DNA from: an uncultured Clostridia bacterium
GTDB lineage: Bacteria; Bacillota; Clostridia; Oscillospirales; QAKW01
Assembly (NCBI GenBank): GCA_944387895.1
Contig: CALXGQ010000006.1
Span: forward strand, 18,123 to 82,122
Direction: 5' to 3'
Length of the DNA: 64,000 nucleotides
Both the position numbers and the translations under genes were made by a program. The notes under the pieces were generated by a model, which was given only the letters and a program-made list of their open reading frames with translations, was not told the origin of the DNA and searched no databases. Shown in pieces: positions 38,459 through 46,494 of this stretch (position 1 is its first letter; each line of letters starts with the position of its first letter).

Positions 38459-39345
38459 GCGAAAAAAAGGACGTTTCCAGAGATATATCCGGCCTCCTGC
38501 TGGCCGTTTTGGTGCTGCTGCTGGGGCTGAGCCTCTGCCGGCAATGGCTCCCCGTTTTCAGCCCGGGGCTGACGGTGCTGGTGTATCTTGCGGTGTATCT
38601 GCTCCCCATGCTGATCTACGTCAAAGGGCACCGCTATAAAGGGCGCAAGGCGCTGCGGCTGAAAATGGTGCACCCGAAATACTGGCTGTTTATTCTGCTG
38701 TTCGGCGTTTCCGTCTGCATCATCTGCACCCTCCTTCAGGCGGGCATGAGCGCCTTTGGCAGGCTGGTGCTGCATACGGAGTTTCAAAATTCGATCGTGG
38801 ATCTGAGCGGGACGGGAACCGGCATGCTGGTCTTTACCACGGTATTGCTTCCGGCTTTTGCGGAAGAGCTGCTGCTGCGCGGGCTGGTGCAGGGCGAATA
38901 TGAAAAATACGGCGTGACCATCGGCGTATTGCTGACAGCGCTGCTGTTTGCCCTGTTCCATACCAATCCTCTCCAGATCCCCGCGCTGTTTGTCGCCGGC
39001 TGCTGCTACGGGGTGCTGACGGCGATGTTCCGCAGCGTATGGCCGGCCATCTTTGCCCATGCGGTCAACAACGGCATCGCGCTGCTGATCGCCCGGCAGA
39101 GTGAATTTATCCGGTATATTTTGCAGGATCAGCTGTTTGTAATCTTCGTGGTTCTGGGCTGCTTCCTAATTTTGATCTTTACGCTGAAAATGCTGGAAAC
39201 GGCGTCCGCCGAGCTGCTGGGCAAGAGCGGCCGCCTGAAAAAGAGCGCCCGCAGCCTGGCCTACGGCGATCCGCTGATGAGCCCCTGGCTTTGGATTTTT
39301 GTCGTGCTGTGCATCGGGAAAATGGTGTATAACGGCTTCTTTTAA
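38455..39345 (+). CDS. CPBP (CAAX/Abi) family intramembrane glutamic endopeptidase
   Basis: Motifs are FAEELLLRG, FALFH and HAVNN, in a polytopic membrane protein. Confidence 0.85.
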   Translation: MSEKKDVSRDISGLLLAVLVLLLGLSLCRQWLPVFSPGLTVLVYLAVYLLPMLIYVKGHRYKGRKALRLKMVHPKYWLFILLFGVSVCIICTLLQAGMSAFGRLVLHTEFQNSIVDLSGTGTGMLVFTTVLLPAFAEELLLRGLVQGEYEKYGVTIGVLLTALLFALFHTNPLQIPALFVAGCCYGVLTAMFRSVWPAIFAHAVNNGIALLIARQSEFIRYILQDQLFVIFVVLGCFLILIFTLKMLETASAELLGKSGRLKKSARSLAYGDPLMSPWLWIFVVLCIGKMVYNGFF

Positions 39346-39388
39346 TAGAAACAGCGCGCCGCCGGGCAAAAGACTGCCCGGCGGCGTC

Positions 39389-39422
39389 CGGACGGACAGT
39401 TGGATGTCCGTCCCTTTTTTTA
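39389..39422 (+). terminator. Rho-independent terminator after the thyX-to-CPBP operon
   Basis: Stem GGACGGACA / TGTCCGTCC followed by CTTTTTTTTA. It is preceded by a second GC hairpin at 39356-39388. Confidence 0.8.
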
Positions 39423-39539
39423 TGGCGGTTACTTGACGTCGGGGAAAAAAGACAATAAAAAAATAAAAGAAACAAAGTTTAGATTCGGTTTAGGATCCTG
39501 CGATAGGATGATCGCAGCTTTGGGTAAAGGAGAATGCTC

Positions 39540-40214
39540 ATGTTTCAAATTCTTGTTGTCGACGACGACCGCCACACCCGCATGCTGCTGGAGGCGATTC
39601 TGAAAGCGGAGAATTATACAGTGTTTACCGCCGATAACGGCGTTTCGGCCCTTGAGGTCCTGGATCGGGAGCATGTGGATCTTGTTGTTCTGGATATCAT
39701 GATGCCGAAAATGGACGGCTATGAATTTACAAAGCTGCTGCGCGAAACAAACAACGACCTGCCGATCCTGATGGTATCGGCTCGGCAGCTCCCCGCCGAT
39801 AAGCGCAAGGGGTTCCTGGTGGGAACAGACGACTACATCACCAAGCCCATCGATGAAGAAGAGATGCTGCTGCGGATCAAGGCGCTGCTGCGCCGGGCGC
39901 AGATCGTCCATGAGAAGAAGCTGCGGTTCGGCGGCGTCCTTCTCGACTATAATTCCTTCGGCGTCAGCAGAGAGGGTGAAACCGTCGTTTTGCCGCAGAA
40001 GGAGTTTTTGCTGCTTTATAAGCTGCTTTCTTATCCCGGGCGGATCTTCACCCGGCTCCAGCTGATGGATGAAATCTGGGGCAGCGAAAGCGAAACCGGC
40101 TGGGAGACGGTAACGGTGCATATCGGCAGGCTCCGCAAAAGGTTTGAGGATTGGAACGAATTTGAAATAGAGTCGGTAAGAGGGCTCGGATACAGGGCGG
40201 TAAAAAAGAAATGA
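39540..40214 (+). CDS. OmpR-family response regulator
   Basis: Receiver domain (ILVVDDD...DLVVLDIMMPKMDG...SA) and winged-helix C-terminus (...VTVHIGRLRKRF...VRGLGYR). Confidence 0.9.
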   Translation: MFQILVVDDDRHTRMLLEAILKAENYTVFTADNGVSALEVLDREHVDLVVLDIMMPKMDGYEFTKLLRETNNDLPILMVSARQLPADKRKGFLVGTDDYITKPIDEEEMLLRIKALLRRAQIVHEKKLRFGGVLLDYNSFGVSREGETVVLPQKEFLLLYKLLSYPGRIFTRLQLMDEIWGSESETGWETVTVHIGRLRKRFEDWNEFEIESVRGLGYRAVKKK

Positions 40215-40735
40215 ATCGCAACGAAAGAAAGTATCGGATCTCTCTGACGCTGCTGCTTGCGGCGGTCATCATGGCGTTTATCATCGCAACGCTGGGCCTG
40301 GCCATGGTGCTGGGCTATATCTGGATCCGGCTCGGGATGGTTTCGGTGAATGAAAACGGGACCCTTTCCTTCCTGAGGATCATGGTTCTGCTTGCGATCA
40401 ACAGCCTGATTTTCGGCGCGATTTTATCGACGTTTGTGGGGAAATTTCCCCTGCGGCCGATCAATAAAATCATCACCCAGATGAACCGGCTGGCGTCCGG
40501 CGATTTTAAGGCGCGGCTGCAATTCAAGGGAAAGTTCGGGAAATTGCCGGTGTCCGAAGAGGTTTGCGCAAGCTTCAATAAAATGGCGGAAGAGCTGGAA
40601 AACACCGAAATGCTGCGCAGCGATTTCATCAACAACTTTTCCCATGAATTCAAAACGCCCATCGTATCGATCGCCGGCTTTGCCAAGCTGCTGAAGAAAG
40701 GGAATCTGTCGGAAGGATTGTGTCAAAGGAGGTGA
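40211..40735 (+). pseudogene. Sensor histidine kinase truncated just after the H-box (174 aa; no CA/ATPase domain)
   Basis: Two TM segments, a HAMP-like linker and the H-box FSHEFKTPIVSIAGFAKLL. It then reads ...GNLSEGLCQRR followed by TGA TAG. No N, G1 or G2 boxes occur in any frame downstream. Confidence 0.7.
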
Positions 40736-40738
40736 TAG

Positions 40739-41011
40739 GTGAAACCGGTTTTGGATGATCTTCCTGCCATTCAGGGCGTCCGGGGGCAGATCGAGCGTCT
40801 GTATCAGACCGATCCGCATATTCATATCGACATTTCTCCTTCCCCGAAGCTGCATTTTTCCAACGACGCCGCGACCATCATAGGCGTTTATCCCTTTATC
40901 TTCCGCATAGAAGAATACACGGGCGGCAGCCCCAAGCAGCACACCCTGCAATATACCGATGTGCTGATCAAAAAAATAGTCATACGAGAGCTTGAAAAAA
41001 GCGGGGAGTGA
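40739..41011 (+). CDS. Small protein, tentatively Veg-like (DUF1021)
   Basis: 90 aa with a GTG start 6 nt after AAGGAGG. ...IIGVYPFIFRIEE......HTLQYTDVLIKKIVIREL resembles the Veg core (YPSVFVI...SYSYADILTETVEL). A terminator follows. Confidence 0.4.
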   Translation: MKPVLDDLPAIQGVRGQIERLYQTDPHIHIDISPSPKLHFSNDAATIIGVYPFIFRIEEYTGGSPKQHTLQYTDVLIKKIVIRELEKSGE

Positions 41012-41032
41012 TCCACTCCCCGCTCTTTTTTT
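41000..41032 (+). terminator. Rho-independent terminator
   Basis: Stem GCGGGGAGTG / CACTCCCCGC followed by TCTTTTTTTC. Confidence 0.8.
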
Positions 41033-41100
41033 CAGGAGGCTGCGCCTCCTGGTCCGGCGCCCGGCGGGTCGTTGCCGGAGCCGCCAGCTGGGGGCGATGA

Positions 41101-41214
41101 TCGGAGCCACTTGAATCAGAGGGCGGCGGCCGAAACCGCCCGGCAGAGGGGTGTCGTCGGAGCCGCCCGAATCAGAGGGCGTTGGCCGAAACTGCCCGGT
41201 AGAGGGGCGTTGCG
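41101..41214. repeat. Tandem direct repeat, 2 copies of about 56 bp
   Basis: tcggagccacttgaatcagagggcggcggccgaaaccgcccggcagagggg... is repeated as tcggagccgcccgaatcagagggcgttggccgaaactgcccggtagagggg... Confidence 0.75.
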
Positions 41215-41247
41215 CCGCGGCCGAAGCGCCGGAGCCTGCCGCCGTTT

Positions 41248-42055
41248 TTGCAGCGTATGAGCGGCGGGAAGGAAGGGCGGAGCGGCGCGCGGGAAAGGAA
41301 TTTATCCGCGATCGGCAGAGGGATCGGCATTTTGTTCTGGGCCGCCTTTATCGTTCTCTGCGTTGTGTTCCGGGATCAGATCACGGTAGACAGCGTGGTC
41401 AGCCTGACTCCGACAAACACCCTTGCCGCCGTTTGCATCATGCTCGACTGCTTTGCCCTCAAGAGCGTCAGCGTCTTTATTTACGGCGGGATCCTGTATG
41501 CCGCGAGCGGGATGCTTTTTTCGCTGCCGGTGGCCTTTGCCGTCAACGTCGCCGGAACGGTCATCATGGTATCCATTCCGTATCTGATCGGCAGGCGGCT
41601 CGGCAGCGGCGTGGTCCTGAAGCTGACGGAAAAATACCCAAGGCTCCATGTCCTTCAGGAGGTCCAGAATCGCAACGAGATGTTCCTCGCTTTCTTTACC
41701 CGGATCGTGGTCTTGCTGCCCAGTGATCTGGTGGGGCGTATATATGGGCGCTATGAACATAAAATATAAGCATTATCTTTTCGGTTCCGTTCTGGGGCTT
41801 TTGCCCTCCGCCCTTTCCTTTTCGATCATGGGCATGAGCGCAGAGGATCCCAGCTCCCCGGCGTTTGTTCTCTCGGTCGCTGCGGAAACCGGGCTGATCC
41901 TTCTTTCGGTATCGATCCTGCTGATCCTGAAGCGCAAAAAAAGAAAAAGGAGCGTTCCCATTGAAAACGGCAAGAGAAACGGTAAATATCCTGGTCACGT
42001 TGGATGCCGGCTATATCCCCCACCTGAATGTGATGCTGTATTCGCTGCTAAATAG
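41248..42055 (+). pseudogene. TVP38/TMEM64 (DedA-related) family membrane protein, interrupted by a +1 frameshift in a G4 run
   Basis: Frame A reads ...FFTRIVVLLPSDLVG then a stop after 9 codons. Frame B continues VYMGAMNIKYKHYLFGSVLGLLPS..., which is the expected family continuation. The switch point is GGGG at 41733-41736. Confidence 0.7.
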
Positions 42056-42800
42056 AAATCCCCATGCCCGGTTCGACGTATATTGGCTTCATTCATCCGT
42101 CGATCGAAGGGACGCCGCCTCCACCGAAAAGGTGCTGGGGGCGCGGGGAAGGCTTTTCCTGGTGCACGCAAATGTGCCGGAGCTTGCCGACGCGCCGGCT
42201 TCTTCAAGGTACCCCAGGGAGATCTATTATCGTATTTTTGCCGCCCGATATCTCCCCACCTCCCTCGACCGGGTTTTATACCTGGATCCCGATATCGTTG
42301 TCAACGGCGACATCCGGGAGCTGTATCATCTGCCGATGGATAGGTACTATTTTGCGGCGGCGTCGCATACCGGGCCCTTTATCACCACCGTAAGCAGCCT
42401 GCGCCTTGATATGGAGGAGGATAGCCCGTATATCAATTCCGGCGTCATGCTGATGAATCTGAAGCGGCTGCGGGCGGAGCAGGACTACGGGGAAGTTTTT
42501 GATTTCATCAAAAAGCGCAAGCCCTTTTTAATCCTGCCCGATCAGGATATCATCAGCAGCCTCTACGGCAGCAGGATCCTTGCTCTCGACACCTATCGCT
42601 ACAATATGACGGATCGGCTTTTCCGGCAGCATTCCGTTTTTGAAAAGAATCTGACTCTGGGCTGGGTACGGAAAAATTCGATCCTTATTCATTACTGCGG
42701 ACGAAACAAACCCTGGAAAGAAAACGATTCCGGCCAGCTTGGTATTTTTTATCAGGAGGCCAGAAAACAGATGGAGGAACAAATCTTATGCACAGGCTGA
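41961..42800 (+). CDS. Glycosyltransferase family 8 protein
   Basis: NILVTLDAGYIPHLNVMLYSLL, YLDPDIVV (DxD), NSGVMLMNL and LPDQDII motifs. TTG start 8 nt after AAAAAGGAG. Confidence 0.85.
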   Translation: MKTARETVNILVTLDAGYIPHLNVMLYSLLNRNPHARFDVYWLHSSVDRRDAASTEKVLGARGRLFLVHANVPELADAPASSRYPREIYYRIFAARYLPTSLDRVLYLDPDIVVNGDIRELYHLPMDRYYFAAASHTGPFITTVSSLRLDMEEDSPYINSGVMLMNLKRLRAEQDYGEVFDFIKKRKPFLILPDQDIISSLYGSRILALDTYRYNMTDRLFRQHSVFEKNLTLGWVRKNSILIHYCGRNKPWKENDSGQLGIFYQEARKQMEEQILCTG

Positions 42801-43324
42801 TGAAAAAGGAGCAGCTTCTGACCATTCCGAATCTACTGAGCGTTGTCCGGCTGCTGCTGATCCCGCTGATCGTCTGGCTTTACTGCGCCAGGCAGGAATA
42901 TGAGCTGGCGGTTCTCTTTATTCTGCTTTCCGGCGCCACCGACGTGGTCGACGGCTTTATCGCGCGGCGGTTCCATATGGTTTCCGATTTCGGCAAGATC
43001 CTCGATCCCGTCGCCGATAAGCTGACCCAGGGCGCCCTGATCGCCGGCCTGACCTATCTGGCGCTGTATTTTTCCGACATTCCGCAGGTGGCAAAAGGCT
43101 TTGCGGTGGATCTTCTTCTGCTGGCGGGATATGCCCTGCCGGCGTCGCTGATCGGCCAATGGGGAGATCTGGCGATGTCGGCGGTCAAGCGGTGCTGCCA
43201 TATCAAGGATTTCGGGACGCTCCTGCCGGGGCATGGCGGGATCCTGGACCGGTTCGACAGCGCTTTGCTGACCATTCCCTTTACATATTTGTTTTGCAGC
43301 ATAACAGGCGGATATATTCTTTGA
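42788..43324 (+). CDS. Chimeric membrane ORF: CDP-alcohol phosphatidyltransferase N-half fused to a CdsA C-terminal segment
   Basis: aa 52-77 DVVDGFIARRFHMVSDFGKILDPVAD is the CDP-OH-P transferase signature. aa 126-157 GDLAMSAVKRCCHIKDFGTLLPGHGGILDRFD is the phosphatidate cytidylyltransferase signature. Confidence 0.65.
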   Translation: MHRLMKKEQLLTIPNLLSVVRLLLIPLIVWLYCARQEYELAVLFILLSGATDVVDGFIARRFHMVSDFGKILDPVADKLTQGALIAGLTYLALYFSDIPQVAKGFAVDLLLLAGYALPASLIGQWGDLAMSAVKRCCHIKDFGTLLPGHGGILDRFDSALLTIPFTYLFCSITGGYIL

Positions 43325-43340
43325 ACGGAGGATATCGACG

Positions 43341-44375
43341 ATGAAAAAAGGCGTTAGAAAAATCCTGATCGGGGGTAGCGTTGCGGTGGCGGGGATCGGC
43401 GCGGCCGCGGCGGCGTCCTATCGACTGGTCAAAAAGCTTGTGGGCGTCGCCATGGATCGCAAGGAGCCGGTGGTGGTGCAGAAGAACCGGAAAAAATTCT
43501 CCGGTTCGTCCTATGCGACGGACTGGCTGGCGCGGATGGAAGCCGCCGGGGAAGCTCTGAAAAACAGCGGTACCGAACGGGTGGAGATCACCAGCAGCGA
43601 TGGGCTTCGGCTGGTCGGGCACTGGTACGCACCGAAGCATCCGCGACGCGCCATCGTTGCCATGCACGGCTGGCGCTCCTCCTGGACGAAAGATTTCGGC
43701 ATCATTTCGGATTTCTGGAAGGAGCAGGACTGCGCGGTGCTCTACGCCGAGCAGCGGGGGCAGGGCGAGAGCGAGGGCGATTATATGACCTTCGGCCTGC
43801 TGGAGCGCTACGACTGCTTTGCCTGGATCAACTGGGTAAACGAAAAGACCGGCGGCAGCCTTCCGATTTATCTCGGCGGCGTTTCGATGGGCGCCACCAC
43901 CGTTCTTATGACGGCGGGACTGGATCTGCCCGCGTCCGTCAAGGGCGTGGTGGCCGATTGCGGCTTTACCTCTCCCCATGCGATCTGGAAGCACGTGGTA
44001 TCCAATAATCTCCATATCTCCTATAACGGGATTGCGGCCTCCTTTGCCGATAAGGTCAGCCGGGAAAAGATCAACATGACGTCGAAGGAATACTCCACCG
44101 TAGACGCGCTGCGGGCTTGCAGGGTGCCGGTGCTGTTGATCCACGGGACGGAGGATCGGTTTGTGCCGGTTGAAATGACCTATGAAAACTATCAGGCCTG
44201 CGCGGCGGAAAAGCGGCTGTTGATTGTACCCGGCGCCGGCCATGGCATGAGCTATATCGTCGATGAACCCGCCTACCGGGCGGCGGTGGTGCAGTTCTGG
44301 AAGGATTTTGACGATTCCACCCGGGCGGCGGCGCCGGAGCAAGGCTCCGCCGCCGAGGAGCAGGCGGAGGGCTGA
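43341..44375 (+). CDS. Membrane-anchored alpha/beta hydrolase
   Basis: N-terminal TM segment, HGWRSS, nucleophile elbow GVSMGA, and C-terminal HGTEDRFV...GAGHG. Confidence 0.8.
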   Translation: MKKGVRKILIGGSVAVAGIGAAAAASYRLVKKLVGVAMDRKEPVVVQKNRKKFSGSSYATDWLARMEAAGEALKNSGTERVEITSSDGLRLVGHWYAPKHPRRAIVAMHGWRSSWTKDFGIISDFWKEQDCAVLYAEQRGQGESEGDYMTFGLLERYDCFAWINWVNEKTGGSLPIYLGGVSMGATTVLMTAGLDLPASVKGVVADCGFTSPHAIWKHVVSNNLHISYNGIAASFADKVSREKINMTSKEYSTVDALRACRVPVLLIHGTEDRFVPVEMTYENYQACAAEKRLLIVPGAGHGMSYIVDEPAYRAAVVQFWKDFDDSTRAAAPEQGSAAEEQAEG

Positions 44376-44391
44376 TCGCCGCTCTGCAATA

Positions 44392-44696
44392 AAAAATTAC
44401 CCGCCGTATGCAGGCGGAAGCGCCTGCATACGGCGGGTGTTCTTTGATCGGGCGGCCGGTTGTGGAAACCGGCCGTCCGACTCTTTTTTGATTGTGTGCT
44501 GTTGATTATTTATTTTTAGATGGCCGAGCCTCTGTTACGCAATCGCTTGCCCTTTTTGCTCTCGGCCTGACGACTCTCGCCGAAGGGAACTCCGCCGAAT
44601 CTTTCGATAAACCCTTCCCTCGTCACCTGCCGGCGTTGCCGCCGCCCTGATTTGCAGGCCGGGCGCTTGACTTTCTCCTTTTTTTCCTCCTCTCGG
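44392..44696 (-). ncRNA. Candidate non-coding RNA (about 300 nt, unclassified)
   Basis: Near-consensus promoter at 44703-44731 (minus strand). The transcript has no ATG before about 44500 and has a purine-rich 5' end, GAGAGGAGGAAAAAAAGGAGAAAG. It ends at the 44400-44437 hairpin plus T-run on the minus strand. Confidence 0.35.
44400..44437. terminator. Bidirectional hairpin terminator
   Basis: 17-bp stem CCCGCCGTATGCAGGCG / CGCCTGCATACGGCGGG. AAAAAATTA lies upstream, which gives a T-run on the minus strand. A weaker TGTTCTTT lies downstream. Confidence 0.7.
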
Positions 44697-44702
44697 ACGA
44701 AA

Positions 44703-44731
44703 AGTATAACATTTTAGACCAAAAATGTCAA
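44703..44731 (-). promoter_or_regulatory. Near-consensus sigma-A promoter (TTGACA-17-TATACT) on the minus strand
   Basis: The plus strand shows agtata at 44703-44708 and tgtcaa at 44726-44731 with a 17-nt spacer. Confidence 0.55.
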
Positions 44732-44786
44732 TAGGAAGCGTTGAAAGTTTTTTCGGCGGGCTTCTTTGTGCTTTTTTGCGGCGGGG

Positions 44787-46280
44787 TTAGCGGCTGAAAA
44801 GGAGCGAGAGACGGCGGTAGGTATCGGCGTGGAGTTGGGAGAAGGCCTCTTCGGTCAGGCGGTAGCTCCAGTTCCCCTCCGCGATGCCCGGGCGGTTCAT
44901 CTTGGTATCTCCGCCGTAGCCGAGCAGATCCTGCACCGGAACGACGATCAGGTTCGCCGGGGAACCCCAGAGGGTGCGCAGAACGGCGCGGATGGCGGGG
45001 TTCTGGGCGCCGCCGTCCTTCCAGGCGGTTCCGGAAAAGCCGCAGTAGTCCAGGCAGTAGCGACGCTGCTCCGGCGTCAGCTCCCAGAGATAGCCCAAAA
45101 GGGTGTTGTTGTCGTGGGTGCCGGTATAGGCCACGGTATTGGGAAGGTAATTATGGGGCAGGTGGATGCCGTCGTCCTGCCCCAGAAAGGCAAACTGGAG
45201 AACGCGCATCCCCGGCAGGCCGGTATCGGCCAGCAGCTGTTCCAGCCCTTCGTCCCGCACGCCCAGATCCTCTGCGATCAGCGCCGAGGGATCGATGTGG
45301 GCGAAAAGGGCGCGGAAAAAGTCCATCCCCGGCCCCTCCCGCCAGCGACCCTCTTTGGCGGTCTTTGCCGCGGCGGGAACCGCCCAGTAGGCGCTGAAGC
45401 CCCGGAAATGGTCGATGCGGATCTTGTCAAAAAGACGGTGGGCGTGCAGGATCCGGTCGATCCACCAGCGGTAGCCGTCCTTTTTCATTTCAGCCCAATT
45501 ATAGAGCGGATTTCCCCAGCGCTGGCCGTTTTCGCTGAAAAAGTCCGGCGGGACGCCGGCCTCTTCCGCCGGCGCTCCGGTTTCGTCCAGATCAAAAAGC
45601 GCCTGATTGCTCCATACGTCGGCGCTCTCCAGAGAAACGTAGATCGGCATATCGCCGATGATCTCAATGCCCTGACTGTTGGCATAGGCGCGCAGGGCGC
45701 TCCATTGGGTAAAGAACAGGTATTGCAGAAAAACCGCCTGATCCACCGCGTCGCGCAGCCGTTCCCGGGCGGCGTCCAGGGCGGCCGGTTCCCTGCGGCG
45801 CAGGGGCGGATCCCATTCCCGCCAGTCCCGGCCGGTTTCCTCCTGCAGGGCGGTATAAAGCGCGAAATCCTCCACCCAGGGCTGGCCGGCCCGCCAGCGA
45901 TCCATCTTCTCCCGCAGTTCCGGGGAAATTCTGGAAAAGGCGGTGGAAAACAAGGCCTTCCGCTGCCGGTTGAGGGCGAAAAAATCAACAAAGTACGGGC
46001 TGTTCGCCTTGCAGCTTTCCAGCTCCTCGGCGGTGATCAGCTTCTGCTCGAAAAGCTGCTCCGGATCGATAAAGCAGGGATTGCCGGCAAAGGCGCTGAC
46101 GCTTTTATAGGGGGAGTTCCAGGCGTCCGGGACGGAAAAGGGCAATACCTGCCAGGCGCGGAACCCGCCTTCTCTGAGAAAATCAATGAACCGAACGGCG
46201 TCCCGGCCGAAGCACCCGATGCCGTAGGGCCCCATCAGAGAGGATATATGCAGCAATACGCCGCTGCTTCGTTTCGTCAT
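44787..46280 (-). CDS. malQ: 4-alpha-glucanotransferase (amylomaltase, GH77)
   Basis: 497 aa. GVLLHISSL..PYGIG, IIGDMPIYV, RIDHFRGF and YTGTHDN motifs. Confidence 0.92.
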   Translation of the reverse strand: MTKRSSGVLLHISSLMGPYGIGCFGRDAVRFIDFLREGGFRAWQVLPFSVPDAWNSPYKSVSAFAGNPCFIDPEQLFEQKLITAEELESCKANSPYFVDFFALNRQRKALFSTAFSRISPELREKMDRWRAGQPWVEDFALYTALQEETGRDWREWDPPLRRREPAALDAARERLRDAVDQAVFLQYLFFTQWSALRAYANSQGIEIIGDMPIYVSLESADVWSNQALFDLDETGAPAEEAGVPPDFFSENGQRWGNPLYNWAEMKKDGYRWWIDRILHAHRLFDKIRIDHFRGFSAYWAVPAAAKTAKEGRWREGPGMDFFRALFAHIDPSALIAEDLGVRDEGLEQLLADTGLPGMRVLQFAFLGQDDGIHLPHNYLPNTVAYTGTHDNNTLLGYLWELTPEQRRYCLDYCGFSGTAWKDGGAQNPAIRAVLRTLWGSPANLIVVPVQDLLGYGGDTKMNRPGIAEGNWSYRLTEEAFSQLHADTYRRLSLLFSR

Positions 46281-46304
46281 AAGCGGAATACCTCCTTTTC
46301 TATT

Positions 46305-46333
46305 ATTATAACAAAGGAAACAGAACTATTCAA
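46305..46333 (-). promoter_or_regulatory. Putative sigma-A promoter for malQ (TTGAAT-17-TATAAT)
   Basis: Minus-strand -10 at 46305-46310 and -35 at 46328-46333. Confidence 0.5.
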
Positions 46334-46494
46334 TGAAAAATATTCTATATACACAATAAAAGAACGGATTTTAGCAACATGGTGTTAAATAAAAACAACA
46401 TGACGTTATCGAAAGATGGACGGATTGATGTTATAATACTATTATCTAAAATTATCGCACATTGATTCTGCCGCAAGGCGGAAGGAGGCACACC

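Noticed and set aside
41072-41726. ORFs 41072-41260 and 41151-41726 across the 56-bp tandem repeat
   Set aside because: They have no RBS, they translate repeats, and the second overlaps the TVP38-family frame out of phase.
44392-44696. Identity as RNase P RNA, SRP RNA, 6S RNA or a ykkC-type riboswitch
   Set aside because: GGAGAAAGTC and GTCCGAGAG/ACGAGGGA superficially resemble RNase P CR-I and ykkC fragments. The remaining conserved blocks, the expected length, and (for a riboswitch) a downstream gene are all absent. It is left unclassified.
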